Shown here one piece after another: positions 11,908 to 25,601 of a stretch of 64,000 nt of DNA (position 1 is the first letter of the stretch; the number at the start of each line of letters is the position of its first letter). The notes beneath the pieces were generated by a model, which was not told where the DNA came from, searched no databases, and saw only the letters and a program-made list of their open reading frames with translations. The DNA lies in the NCBI RefSeq assembly GCF_006345805.1, contig NC_043000.1, positions 96,286,001-96,350,000 on the forward strand. Direction: 5' to 3'. The position numbers and the translations under genes are program-made. Origin of the DNA: Octopus sinensis (lineage: Eukaryota).

Positions 11908-12957
11908 ACAACAAGAGCACTCAGAGAGCATAAACCTCCGCCAAGGCAACACCAACGCCCTCTCAACAATTAGCCGGAGATGATTTTTAAAATGAGAATA
12001 TTTGAAATAAACTTGACTGCTCTCTCAAACACAAAATACTAAAAACGAACCCGACCACTCTCAAAAATTAAGTAAAAAACCAGAAAAATAATCCAGAATC
12101 CTTGTTTGGTACCGGACTGATCCCAATGGTAATGATGGAATGTGAAGGTAGGTGTGCGGGCTGTGTTTGTAATGCTATGTGTGTGTCATCTGTGGTGGGA
12201 ACAGGGAAAATTTTCTCTATGAAGGACTCTTTAAGTCTATCCACTGATATAGTGTTTTTACGACCATTAAAGTCTATAGTGAAACATTTATCCGTATGTG
12301 AAAGAAAACGGAAAGGACCTGCATACAGTGCTATTAACAGAGGTTTAACAACATCATTGCGCACAAAAACACGAGTCCAAGAAGTAAAACTTCCTTCAGG
12401 GTAGAGCTAGAAATGCAACTGTCAAGTAAGTGAGAAGGTTTAAACAGGAGCGATATATTCAAAATTGGTAAAACTAAAAATTGTCAAGGATAAATTAAAT
12501 TTATTACTGTTACTGAATATGTTAGTGTTATTTAATTTCTGAATGATTTTGCTGCCGTTTGTTTATGTAGTTTGATTTCTTTATCCATCAGTTTCTACTA
12601 AGATAGAGACATGAGTAAAATTAATAACAGAGAAACGAAAATAAAACTTTGGAAACAGCAACACCACCAAAACTTATGTGGAAACCACGGGCGAGCTTTC
12701 ACGGGAGATAATCAGGGAAAGACTTGAAAATCAATGTAAGATCGTAATACTTCATGTAAAATAAATATACCAAATAATCCAGAATCCTTGTCTGGTATCG
12801 GATTGATCCCCAAATCTAATCAGTTTGTGCTAGTCACAAGGTCAAACATCCCTGAAAGTTTCATCCAAATCCATCCAGCAGTTCTGGAGATATCTTGTCC
12901 ACAGACAAATAAACACGACTGAAAACAATACCTCCACCTTCGCTAAGGCAGAGGTAA
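11908..12957 (+). mobile_element. Helentron/HINE-like non-autonomous element with an internal insertion
   Basis: 5' ACAAGAGC..ACCTCCGCCAAGGC and 3' ACCTCCACC..GGCAGAGGTAA hairpin/sub-terminal inverted repeat; family call is inference. Confidence 0.5.
12205..12364 (-). mobile_element. Ty3/Gypsy integrase C-terminal remnant
   Basis: RNDVVKPLLIALYAGPFRFLSHTDKCFTIDFNGRKNTISVDRLK matches the Gypsy GPY/F region (R.D.V..PL...Y.GPF......K.F.....G....VS.DRLK). Confidence 0.75.
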
Positions 12958-12977
12958 TAATAATAATGATAATAATA

Positions 12978-13360
12978 ATGGAAGCACTCCGTCGGTTACG
13001 ACAATGAGGGTTCTGGTTGATCCGAATCAATGGAACAGCCTGCTCGTGAAATTAACGTGTAAGTGGCTGAGCACTCCACAGACACGTGTACCCTTAACGT
13101 AGTTCTCGGGTAGATTCACCGTGACACAGAGAGTGACAAGGCTGGCCCTTTGAAATACAGGTACAACAGAAACAGGAAGTAAGAGTGAGAGAAAGTTGTG
13201 GTGAAAGAGTACAGCAGGGATCACCACCATCCCTGCCAGAGCCTCGTGGAGCTTTAGGTGTTTTCGCTCAATAAACACTCACAACGCCCGGTCTGGGAAT
13301 CGAAACCGCGATCTTATGACTGCAAGTCCGCTGCCCTAACCACTGGGCCATTGCACCTCC
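12978..13360 (-). mobile_element. tRNA-derived SINE (GGAGGTGCAATGGCCCAGTGGTTAGG family)
   Basis: tRNA-like head on the minus strand; related copies at 49020-49320 and 63905-64000. Confidence 0.75.
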
Positions 13361-13637
13361 TGATAATAATAATAACAATAGATGGAATACCAGGCAGTGG
13401 CTCTCAAGGTTTCAGATCTTAACTGATTGGAACTGTTATCATGTACATGCTTTGCCTTGGTGTAAAAGATGGGCTACATCAAATATTTCCCTCAATACTA
13501 CATATTTGCTTGACCATAACCAGTTAAGCATGTCCTTTAGTGGTTGATGATATGTGCATAGTATTCAGGATACCATAAAAAGACAGAAAAGTGAACAATA
13601 AAAAAGCCATAAAATGAGGAAATGGTGCATAGGTATG

Positions 13638-13838
13638 TCAAGAGCACTGAGTTCTGGAAAGCATGGAATTTTTGAAGGATGCAGTATTCTGACAGCTGTT
13701 AACTGATGCTGGTAGTATATTCCATACTCCAACAAATCTGATTGTGAAAAAGTGGTTTCTGAAAGTCATGGTGCTGTGTTGTCTTTTGATTTCATAAGTA
13801 TACCCATGAATGGTTGAGATGCTGAATTCAAAAAACAT
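13638..13838 (-). mobile_element. CR1-type LINE 3' remnant
   Basis: FRNHFFTIRFVGVWNILP...SFK resembles the CR1 ORF2 C-terminus. Confidence 0.6.
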
Positions 13839-14315
13839 AGCCTATGTTGTTGTTGGAAAGACAGTGAATAATCCTATGGGTGTCTAAGTCAGCTGCAAGA
13901 CATCAAAATTTTATTCATTTGCTTGAAGCCAAAGCTTCACTCTGCTGTTGTTTCAAGATCCACTTATTTATCTTCAGATTATTTTAATATGTAATCAATT
14001 TAAACTACAGAAGAGTCAGTGCATTAAAATAAGCTTATTCATTAAAATATAGCTAGAAAATGTAAATACACTCGAAAAGTTTTATAAAATTTTGCATAAA
14101 ATGTGAGAGGAAGTACTCATCTTTAATAGTCAAGACAAATATATACTTTCTCCCTTTGAGAGACATTCTACAAGGTAGAACAAGAATGGCTTCCAGTTTC
14201 CCATTTTTTTAAGAAGCCTAGATAAGCCCCTATCTGGCTCTATAATCTCCAGACAGATTTACTAGTAGATACATTAAAAAATACATTAAAAAAAATGCAA
14301 GAATATAGCCCTTAC

Positions 14316-14371
14316 CCTCATGAACAGATACACCACAATTATCACATTCAACAATTTCATCATCTTCTTCA
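14316..14371 (-). CDS. PHF14: PHF14 exon 5 (SEEDDEIVECDNCGVSVHE)
   Basis: tAG/GTAAGG, 56 nt, phase 2/1; PHD1. Confidence 0.94.
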
Positions 14372-15238
14372 CTATAAATAAAGAATAAGGCATAAATATA
14401 AAATTATAAACAATAAACAAAGCATAACATTAACCCTTTTGATACCAACCTGGCTGAAACCACTTCTGGCTCTGTAGTAAAAATGTCTTGTTTTTAAAAG
14501 TTCTCAATTAAAATCTTCCACCAAACCTTAGCCACAATTTAAGTTCCTAACACTAGCTTAATGATAACTAAGTTATTTTACTAAATTCTTTGTTATATTT
14601 AAAATTATTTGGAAGAAACACAGAGCACTTCAACAGAAATATGGTAACAAAAGGGTTAATAAAAAGAAAACAATTTCATGTCTCATAATGGCTTATGAAG
14701 TATGAATGATAGAATTTTGAGATGTTCTTTTATTCTTTTACCTGTTTCAGTCATATGACTGCAGCCATGATCGAGTACCACCTTAAAGGATTTTAGTTGA
14801 AGAAATTGACTGCAGGACTTATTCTTTGTAAGCCTAGTACTTATTCTACCAGCCACTTTTGCTGAACTGCTAAGTTACAGAGACATAAACACACTAGCAT
14901 CGGTTGCCAAGTGACAGCAGGAGGACAAACACAGACACACACATGTACACATATATATATACATGCAGGTGCATCCAGTCCACACTGTAAAGTAGTTGGC
15001 ATTTGGAAGGGCATCCAGCTGTAAAAACCTTGCCAAAACTGACCTCGCCTGTGCTTGTGCCACATAAAAAGCACTAAGTCTACTGTGCTGGGTGGTTGGT
15101 GTTAGGAAGGGCATCCTGCTGTAAAAATCCTGTCAAAACAGTCACAGAAGTCTACTGCAGGCTTCTGCTTTGCCAGCTCCTGCCAAACCGTCCCACCCAT
15201 GCCAGCATGGAAGACAGACAAATGATGAAGATGATATA

Positions 15239-16098
15239 GAGGGTGTGATGCATAAATTGTCACCATTTTATATTTTTAATTTCCCGCATGTGCATTGTTT
15301 GTTTTTGATTTTGTTGACTACACAGCATGGTAAGGTCAGTTGAGCACCGTCTGTGAGAAAAACAGCATCATGACACAATTCACTCTGCCAGAAATTTGGA
15401 AACGACATACTGTACTACTTGGCATTTGTGCCAGAAATTCTAATACAAACATTTCAGAGTGTTTGGGTGTCAATCTGAGAACATGTACCAAGAGTGATAA
15501 AAATCAAACATCCAGTCAACATCATGGTGTTTAGAGTGATCACTGGTGATAACGACGTTATGCCTCCATTCATCTTCCCACACAACCTCAGACTCAACAT
15601 GGAGGCTTATATCAAGTGCCTGGAGGAGGTAGTGTTGTTCTGGGTCAAGAGGGTGGCTGCTGGAAGACCCTACATCTGGCAACTGGACTCTGCACCATGC
15701 CATACAAGCAGAAGAACCCAGTCACGGCTGCCAGATAATTTCTGCGACCACATCACCCGTAAAGTTTGGCCACCTAACTCCCCAGACTGCAACCCGCTTG
15801 ATTATTATGTGTGAGACGCAGTTGAGCAAGAGACCAACAAAACTCCTTGTGACACCAAAGATGAAGTGAAGGCAAAGATTATGGCAGCATACACCAACTT
15901 AAACAAGGAGACTGTCCAGAAGAGTTGCAGGAGATTCTAAAGTCATCTGGAGGCCTTGGCTGAAGCCAATGGCGATTTTATTGAATAAATTTACTCTTTA
16001 GTATTTCAAGATATTTTAATGTAATTTTGGTAAATATGTGTTAAAATGTGATGTCAGTGTTTTTTCCTTTTTGTGTAATTTAGATTCACCGAACCCTT
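15239..16098 (+). mobile_element. Second, internally deleted copy of the same Tc1/mariner family
   Basis: ORF 15494..15814 (LDSAPCHT...WPPNSPDCNPLDYY); termini and 3' region nearly colinear with 1103-2337. Confidence 0.85.
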
Positions 16099-17587
16099 TA
16101 TATATACAATGGGCTTCTTTCAGTTTCCATGCAGCAAATCTACTCACAAGGCTTTAGTTGGCCCAAGGCTATAGCAAAAGACACTTGTCCAAGGTGCCAC
16201 ACAGTGGGACTGATTCTGGAGCCATGTGATTTGGAAGCAAGCTTCTTACCACACAGCCACACATGCACCTATCATGACAAATGAAGATGATTTAATACCT
16301 TCAGGGCTCTCAGTAAATGATCGTGCTTCCACAATTATTTTATTTTCTTAACTCTTTTGTTACCATATTTCTATTGAAACACAGTCTTTGTTTTGATTAC
16401 TTTTGAAAATAATAAAGGATTTATTAAAATATCTTTAGTGAGGCAAACATGAAAACAGAACTCAATACAGGAGTATATATATATTTTGTTGCTATTAATA
16501 ATTGGTAGAAGTTACAGAGCAACTTAAGGGCTGAGAGTTATGTGCATTGACACTTACCAAACTGGTTTCAAATCAAAAGGGTTACATTTATAAGCAAGTG
16601 ATAATGATATTTCTCTGGATTGTTCTAGAACTGTGTCATTTCTTCGCTGGTGTTTTGCATGTAAAATAGCATGAAATTTTGATGGGAGGTTTTAATTAAG
16701 ATCATTTTAAAACAGGGGGTTTGTATCATAGAACCAGAAAAGGTCTCCAATGGGTTGGTATCAAAAGAGATAACAAAAAAAAAAAAAAGAATATTGCTTT
16801 TCTAATTGTGTACATCGTTTAGTTAGAAAATTCTGAAGGAAAGCACAGTACTCTTCCATGTTATGTTTTCCAACTGAAATTTTAACTTTGTTGTTTTGTT
16901 TGTACCTTATGATGAATTATTACTACTTAACTTACAAGTATAAAAATCAAAATACAGCCTTTATCATTGGTATTCATCATTTCATATTTGAACTATCAAA
17001 ATAGATGTATAAAAATGTTCAGTTAAGTTGCTGTAGATCATTAGTCGGTCAGCTGAAAGGAGATTGGCAGGGGAGGGGGGTATTTTTCTATGTCATCATC
17101 AGTAATGAACTATCAAAGATATTTTTTTTTAAATGATGTGTATAACATTTACAATGTATGGACAAATATTGAATGGCAACTAGCTGAAATATTTTGTGTC
17201 AGAGAAACTTCTTGAAGAGACTTATGTGTTTAAAAAAACACACTTTTTCATATTCATTACAAATATTACACAGAGTTATTTTCCAGCTATAAACTGATGT
17301 CACAAGAATGAAAGCATGTTCAGCTCACAACTGAAAATAGTAGTGATATATAAAGTAAAGCAGAACATTATTTATCCAAAATATGTGGGTCCAGAATGTT
17401 TTGGGATTTCAGAATGATTGTATATTTATATCTATAAATTATTGCATGTAAATTTTAAATTTAAGTAGACTGCAAGGAATGGAGCCATCTAAGTTACCTA
17501 AGAACACACCAAAGATATTTGATAACACAAGCACACTCTCACACACACACACATATGGAAGGTAAAAATATGTAAGATTCCATTTAC

Positions 17588-17685
17588 CTAATATCACCTA
17601 AACATACACAACAGATGAGAATCTTGATTTGACCAGCTTTGGTTGGAATTGGTGTAGCTGAAGTAATGACATTTCCTTGGAGAGG
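17588..17685 (-). CDS. PHF14: PHF14 exon 4 (PLQGNVITSATPIPTKAGQIKILICCVCLGDI)
   Basis: tAG/GTAAAT, 98 nt, phase 0/2; start of PHD1. Confidence 0.92.
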
Positions 17686-18764
17686 CTACAAGTAAGAAAC
17701 AGATTGATAAAATATTAGAATATTAAAAAACCAAGCAAAAAAAATAAAACAGGTAAGAAAATTTTCCTTTTAATATCTTTAGGTTAATAAATTCACATTA
17801 GCAGTATTTGTGGAAATTCTGAGTTATTCTGAAAGCTGTAAATGGTTAGAAATTTATAAGAAAACCATGAAATATATGCTTACATATATATCTACATATA
17901 TACATACAGACACACATAAATATACACATTCATACATTCATGTAGAGAGTTTTCAATGAATATTTCATATACTTCAAAAATTCCTAAGACAAACGTTTTC
18001 CAATTCCATATTCCCTTCAGTAAGTACACTATGTCACTCCTTTTGCCTCTCCTTTCCACTATATCACATTCTCCTATGATAAAAATGTTTTATTGCACTC
18101 TTTATTCCAACCCTTCTTTCACCTGACTATTTAACCACATAACACAACAGAAATCACTTTCTCCTAGCTCTTATCACTAACACTCTTCTCTGTTTCTGTT
18201 TTTCCCCTCTTCCTTCAACTAATCATGTGACAGCATCACATAGTAAGCCTTAGCATATTAACATATAGATATTAAGGACCTTTTACATTGATTTTGAAAG
18301 AGGCTTGATCTGAGATCATAGCAAGAAACTTTCTTGATACATAAGAATAAAACATCAGTAACAAGGTCGTACATTTATTAATGTACTTCATAAATTTACA
18401 CTAAAAAAAAACAAACAAGTCATTCAAATAATAACTATAATAATATCTTCTTCAGCATCAAAATTAAATACATGAACGGAATTTCTAATTATGCTCAGAT
18501 AAACAGAGAGTTTAAATTATGACTTGGGACCATACTTTGGTCTAATTTATATCAAGACACAATAGTTTCAAAATAAATAGAAAGAATCTGACAGCATTTT
18601 TGGTTAGTTAACTTCAGACGTATGTAACCTTTCAGAGATATTGTAATCTTTCTATAGGGGGAGATAATTATGTTAGCTTTATATAGATAGATGGATATAA
18701 CAAGATAAATATAAAAGAAATAGTGAATATGACTAGTGCTTAATTTTCTTTTCTTTCAGATTAA

Positions 18765-19290
18765 GTGAGTGAAAGATGTATCTCACCAGGACAGCACACA
18801 AATCTATTAAGTAACTTCTTCAAAAAGTGTTGGTGTTACATGAACTGTAATGCGGTACACAATTTCCTGCTCAGAAACACAAAAGTCTACTTTATAAATG
18901 CACACATTTTCTGTAATAGGCAAGTGTACATCACAGTTCATTTACTTAGTGGATTCTCTCATCACTGCTTCAGCAAGTGTGGTGAAGAGGTTTAATAATG
19001 TCAGTTCTTGAAGAAATAGAAACAGGATTATTGGTAACGATTAGGCAGAGAGAGCTGCAATATTTGGGGCATGTCATCAGTGCCTAGAATCTCAGTACTT
19101 ATATTCAAGAGAAGATTCAATAGGAAATGAGAAAGGGATAGACTAAGAAGACACTGGTTCTACAACATCATAATATGGACCAGAAGGCCTCTGGCTGAAA
19201 ATACAACCATGACCAGAATCAAGAATCAATGGAGAGAGAAATATTGCAAGCATCCATGGCCCCTGACATTCAGCAATAGGGATGGGAGTA
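18765..19290 (+). mobile_element. Old RTE LINE remnant
   Basis: LVTIRQRELQYLGHVI-like RTE C-terminal motif near 19030-19080. Confidence 0.4.
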
Positions 19291-19332
19291 GAAAGGACAA
19301 GATAATAAGAAATATAAGTTATTTACATTTAC

Positions 19333-19601
19333 CAGCTGAGTCTCTGGACATTTGTCGAAAGACTTTTCCGTAAAGACATTAACATCAGTTGATTTGTCTT
19401 TGTCACCTAACAAAGGCCCCATCAATGAACTGAGTGTTGTCGTTTCATCTTCCTCCTCATCATCCTCATCATCATCATCATCGTCGTCGCTTGGCTCATG
19501 GGCTGCATCAGGGTACTTGAGTTCAGAACCTGGAACACTCCTATCAGAATCACTTGCATCATCTTCTTCCTTAATAGATATGTCACTTCCAGAGTCAGAT
19601 C
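19333..19601 (-). CDS. PHF14: PHF14 exon 3 (acidic D/E-rich region)
   Basis: tAG/GTAAAT, 269 nt open in phase 1/0; poly-D/E as in the PHF14 N-terminal acidic tract. Confidence 0.85.
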
Positions 19602-19763
19602 CTAGAAATAATTAATATCATATATAATCATAAATAAAAACATTATATATATATATATATATATATATATAGCAATAAGAAAATAGGGAGATCAATAGGT
19701 GGTTCATCAACTTTTAGACATTATATTATGTTAACTTATTTATTCATTTACTAAACTGACAAT

Positions 19764-19816
<53 letters not shown>

Positions 19817-20207
19817 TTATATGTGATGAGCATGTGGGGATAAATTATCCAGGTGAGTACCGTCATAGATCTCAGGTATATTCCAGGTTCCAATTAACCA
19901 CATCAAGTAGTAATAAACATTAATGATTGCTTAGTGTGAGCAATCACACTGTAATTCTTCTGGTGGATAAGTTCAGGTTCGCTTCCCTGGATTATGAATA
20001 TTTTGAGGAGTGTAAATTTCAAACAATTACAAAGAATACAGAGACTGTACATCTTCAAATTTTTCTTTTAATTTAACAATTAGTTATACAGCATAATTAA
20101 CTATTAAATTACTACTATAGCCCCAGGTCAACCAAAGCCTTGTGATTCGATCTGGTAGACAGAAACTCAAAAAGGGCTGTTGCATATGTACACACACACA
20201 CACAGAA

Positions 20208-20600
20208 TTGTTAGCCTGCCAGGCAAAATGCTTAGTGGTATTTCGTCTGCCGTTACGTTCTGAGTTCAAATTCCACCGAGGTCGACTTTGCCTTTCATCC
20301 TTTCGGGGTCGATAAATTAAGTACCAGTTACACACTGGGGTCGATATAATCGACTTTATCCGTTTGTCTGTCCTTGTTTGTCCTCTCTGTGATTAGCCCC
20401 TTGTGGGTAGTAAAGAAATAGGTATTTCATCTACCGTTACGTTCTGAGTTCAAACTCCACCGAGGTCGACTTTGCCTTTCATCTTTTTGGGGTCGATTAA
20501 ATAAGTACCAGCAACGCACTGGTGTCAATGTAATCGACTTAAACTCTTTGTCTGTCCTTGTTTGTTCCCTATATGTTTAGCCCCCTGTGGACAATAAAGA
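20208..20600 (+). mobile_element. tRNA-derived SINE with tandem partial duplication
   Basis: GGTATTTC.TCT.CCGTTACGTTCTGAGTTCAAA block occurs twice ~185 nt apart. Confidence 0.75.
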
Positions 20601-21249
20601 TATATATATATATCTCAAGACATAATATTTATTTCCACTTAAATATGGATGTTCTATAAGAAAAAGCTATACTGCAGTTGTTACCATGAGAAAAACTCTT
20701 ATATTGGCTTTTGGTGTTTATATTGCTAGCATGGAAATAAATTCCCACCACCTGCAGCACTAAGCCCATGTATACATCATACACACACACACACACACAC
20801 ACGTGTGTATTTATATCGGTACTTCTTCCTTTTACTCTTTCACTTTCTGTCAATGGTACCATATAACAACAGGAATTATTATTATAGTTATACTGGGCCT
20901 GTGTCAAAATTTGAAACCATTATTATGGCTATATGAATTATTTATCAATAATTATTAGTAATGAACATTTATTTAATGAGTCACACACATAAAAGATTAT
21001 TAATTATCAATATCTGAGTACAAGGATGGTGGTCAGTATCATCAGTCACTATATTTATTAGCCAAAATAGTGTGGACAATCAAGTCAACTCTAGTCTTGT
21101 AGTCTTTCCATTTCTTCCAAAGGTCATTTATCAATATTTTTTAATACCAAGTCTAAAGGGATATAACCAAATACCAGTAAGCACTTATGCTTACCACTGC
21201 ACCAGATCCCATTTTGTTTAGGACAAATAATGACAAAAAAAAATATGTG

Positions 21250-21705
21250 GCCGATACCAGTGTCATGCAGCTGGCGCATAAAAAGCACCCTTCAAATGTT
21301 GGGTGATATGCTGTGCTTGAGAAGACCCGTCAAGCCAAGTGAAGTTGTAGTTGTGGCCGATGCCAGTGTCATGTAACTGGCAGCCATGCTGTGGCACATT
21401 AAAATCACTGTTTTGAACATTGGGCCTCACACAAGCAGTGACAAGTGACTGAGACCTTTGGTGATATACCCTGCTGAGAGCGTAGTCATGGCTGATGCCA
21501 GTGTTGCGTAACTGACACCTGTGCTGGCAGCACAAAAAGCACCCATTACACTCTTAGAGTGGTTGGCATTAGGAAGGGTATCCAGCTGTAGAAACCGTGC
21601 AAAATCAGATTGGAACCTGGTGCAGCTCCTCAACCTACCAGTTTTCAGCCAAACCGTCCAACCCATGCCAGAATGGAAAGTAGATGCTAAATGATGATGA
21701 TGATA
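21250..21705 (+). mobile_element. RTE-tail SINE abutting the PHF14 exon 2 donor
   Basis: Family consensus ending in ATGATGATGATGAT at ~21704. Confidence 0.75.
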
Positions 21706-21708
21706 TAC

Positions 21709-21831
21709 CTTTCACATGTTTTTCAACTTCAAAGTCACTATCGTCTTCACTATCATCTAATCCTCCAAAATCTATCTGTATAAGGTGCTTTTGAACAGGT
21801 TTTACGCGCCGTTTCCGAGGGTCCCGTTGAA
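21709..21831 (-). CDS. PHF14: PHF14 exon 2 (LQRDPRKRRVKPVQKHLIQIDFGGLDDSEDDSDFEVEKHVK)
   Basis: cAG/GTATAT, 123 nt, phase 1/1; resembles the recalled PHF14 N-terminus (KRRQVKP...DSSDDSDF). Confidence 0.88.
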
Positions 21832-22067
21832 CTGAAAAGAAAGAAACAGAAAAATAATAACAAAATTTAGAAAATAAATAAGATTTTTACAAAATTAATA
21901 GAATGACATAAATATATACTTTATATACATATATACATTAATGCCTCGATATACAAATTAATTTGTTCCTGGAGACCACTTGTAAAGCAGAGTAATAATT
22001 CCCCATGGTAGCAATGTTATAAATTGTAATTCAGTCTCAGAAAAATATTTTACCTATAAAATTTATA

Positions 22068-22420
22068 TCTCTCTATATATAATGTTTGTGTGCGTGTCCT
22101 TTATACAAATCCACAATTTTTCAGTTAGAGGGCTCGCACTTTCTATGGTCATTCAAAACCGTCCAACGGTGGTCGTGCACTTCTTTACATTTCCCCAGTC
22201 ACCCCGCAAAGCCATTAAAAAATCAATAGAAGTGACGTTTTTGTGAATTTTCTATCGAAACCCCAATCAAAATGCCCGAAATTTGATACGCCAATTGAAT
22301 GCCAGCTAGCTGTATGTGATTGGTCGAAGATTTGGACAGTACTCGCGTGTGTGTGCACACGCACGCAGCTGTATATGCATGCACTAGCAGTATGACCTGG
22401 CAATGCCGGGTCATAGTGCT
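22068..22420 (+). mobile_element. Short Helitron-like non-autonomous element
   Basis: 5' TCTCTCTATATATAA; 3' hairpin TATGACC(T)GG-CAATG-CCGGGTCATA followed by degenerate CTAG. Confidence 0.55.
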
Positions 22421-22844
22421 ATTTCATAAATAAATGGCAATAAAACAAAAATAAGATGTAAAGAATATTTTATGTAAAGTAAAAAGAATGTTAAGATCAT
22501 TTATAATAAAAAATATTATTATTATACTTGTTTATAACAATACTTGTATTTATATCTAAGTATTATTTACATCTCACAGACATGGGAGTGTGGTAAGAAG
22601 TTTATTTCCCAACGTTTGTTTCTATGTTTTAGTTTTTATGATTTTGTTTCTCTTTGTATTCAATGTTTTTTTGATGTCCTGTACCCATATATGCATGTAT
22701 ATATACATATATATGTAGGTATGTACATACATGTATGTATATATGCATATATTTATATTATTATATATACATATATATTATATATATATATACACATATA
22801 TATATTATTATTATATATACACACATATATATATACATATATAG

Positions 22845-23905
22845 GGCAAAGTTCAGAGAGCTCCTACCTCTGCTGGTGACAAAGGGCCTCTAGCTCAGAG
22901 TAAAAGGTAGACTGTATGACGCATGTGTACAAACAGCCATGCTACATGGCAGTGAAACATGGGCTGTAACTGCTGAGGACATGCGTAAGTTTGCAAGGAA
23001 TGAAGCCAGTATGCTCCGACGGAATTGTAATGTCAGTGTGTATACTCAACAGTGTAAGTACCTTGAGAGACAAGTTGGACCTCAGAAGCATCACATGAGG
23101 TGTGCAAGAGAGACGACTGCGCTGGTATGGTCATGTGGCAAGAATAGATGAGGATAGCTGTGTGAAAAAGTGCCACATCCTAGAGGTTGAGGGAACCTGT
23201 GGAAGAGGTAGACCCAGTAAGACCTGGGATGAGGTGGTGAAGCATGACCTTCGAACATTAGGCCTCACCGAGGCAATGACTAGTGACTGAAACCTTTGAA
23301 AATATGCTGTGCTCGAGAAGACCCGGCAAGCCAAGTGAGGCCATAACCTTGTGGCCTATGCCAGGGGTGTAACCAGCCACTTATGCATACCTTTCCTTCA
23401 TTGGACACTAAACTCTGCTTGCAAAGACCTGTTGAGGCAAGTGAAATCGAAATCAAATTCTATGACTAGCATCTGTGCTAGGGGAGCGCTAAGAGCGTCA
23501 TCCGAGTGTGATTGCTGCCAGAGAAGGTAACTGGCTTCCGTGCCGTTGGCACATAAAATACACCGTTCGAGCGTGATCGTTATCAGCGTCACCTTACTGG
23601 CATGTGAAAAAAAAAACATTTGAACGAGGTCGTTGCTAGTGCCGCTGGACTGGCTCCTTTGTAGGTGGCACATAAAAAACACCATTTGAGCGTTGCTGTT
23701 GCCAGTACCACCTGACTGGTCCTCGTGCTGGTGGCATATAAAAGCACCCACTACACTCTCAGAGTGGTTGGCATTAGGAAGGGCATCCAGCTGTAGAAAC
23801 TCTGCCTGATCAGACTGGAGCCTGGTGCAGCCATCTGGTTTGCCAGTCCTCAGTCAAATCGTCCAACACATGCTAGCATGGAAAGTGGACGTTAAACGAT
23901 GACGA
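22845..23905 (+). mobile_element. 5'-truncated RTE LINE 3' fragment, copy 1
   Basis: [13 protein letters not shown]...MLHGSETW...RLRWYGHVAR...GRGRP.KTW; (GAT)n tail. Confidence 0.88.
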
Positions 23906-24109
23906 TGCACATGCATACAGAGATGTACATATATATATATACATATAAACATATGTATATATATATATACATATAAACATATGTATATATATATATAATA
24001 TATACATATGTGTATATATAAATACATATATACATATGTGTATATATATATATATATACATATGTGTATATATATATATATACATATGTGTATATATATA
24101 ATATATATA

Positions 24110-24203
<94 letters not shown>

Positions 24204-24262
24204 TATATATACACATATATATATTATTATTATATATACACACATATATATATACATATATA

Positions 24263-25328
24263 GGGCAAAGTTCAGAGAGCTCCTACCTCTGCTGGTGACA
24301 AAGGGCCTCTAGCTCAGAGTAAAAGGTAGACTGTATGACGCATGTGTACAAACAGCCATGCTACATGGCAGTGAAACATGGGCTGTAACTGCTGAGGACA
24401 TGCGTAAGTTTGCAAGGAATGAAGCCAGTATGCTCCGACGGAATTGTAATGTCAGTGTGTATACTCAACAGTGTAAGTACCTTGAGAGACAAGTTGGACC
24501 TCAGAAGCATCACATGAGGTGTGCAAGAGAGACGACTGCGCTGGTATGGTCATGTGGCAAGAATAGATGAGGATAGCTGTGTGAAAAAGTGCCACATCCT
24601 AGAGGTTGAGGGAACCTGTGGAAGAGGTAGACCCAGTAAGACCTGGGATGAGGTGGTGAAGCATGACCTTCGAACATTAGGCCTCACCGAGGCAATGACT
24701 AGTGACTGAAACCTTTGAAAATATGCTGTGCTCGAGAAGACCCGGCAAGCCAAGTGAGGCCATAACCTTGTGGCCTATGCCAGGGGTGTAACCAGCCCAC
24801 TTATGCATACCTTTCCTTCATTGGACACTAAACTCTGCTTGCAAAGACCTGTTGAGGCAAGTGAAATCGAAATCAAATTCTATGACTAGCATCTGTGCTA
24901 GGGGAGTGCTAAGAGCGTCATCCGAGTGTGATTGCTGCCAGAGAAGGTAACTGGCTTCCGTGCCGTTGGCACATAAAATACACCGTTCGAGCGTGATTGT
25001 TATCAGCGTCACCTTACTGGCATGTGAAAAAAAAAAACATTTGAACGAGGTCGTTGCTAGTGCCGCTGGACTGGCTCCTTTGTAGGTGGCACATAAAAAA
25101 CACCATTTGAGCGTTGCTGTTGCCAGTACCACCTGACTGGTCCTCGTGCTGGTGGCATATAAAAGCACCCACTACACTCTCAGAGTGGTTGGCATTAGGA
25201 AGGGCATCCAGCTGTAGAAACTCTGCCTGATCAGACTGGAGCCTGGTGCAGCCATCTGGTTTGCCAGTCCTCAGTCAAATCGTCCAACACATGCTAGCAT
25301 GGAAAGTGGACGTTAAACGATGACGATG
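24263..25328 (+). mobile_element. 5'-truncated RTE LINE 3' fragment, copy 2
   Basis: Near-identical to 22845-23905. Confidence 0.88.
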
Positions 25329-25516
25329 CACATGCATACAGAGATGTACATATATATATACATATAAACATATGTATATATATAAATACATATATACATA
25401 TGTGTATATATATATATATATACATATGTGTATATATAAATACATATATACATATGTGTATATATATATATATACATATGTGTATATATATATATACATA
25501 TGTGTGTATATATATA

Positions 25517-25601
<85 letters not shown>

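Noticed and set aside
18765-18995. 76-aa + strand ORF after a ttttctttcAG acceptor-like site
   Set aside because: Lies in an old RTE remnant, antisense to PHF14, with no donor or phase partner.
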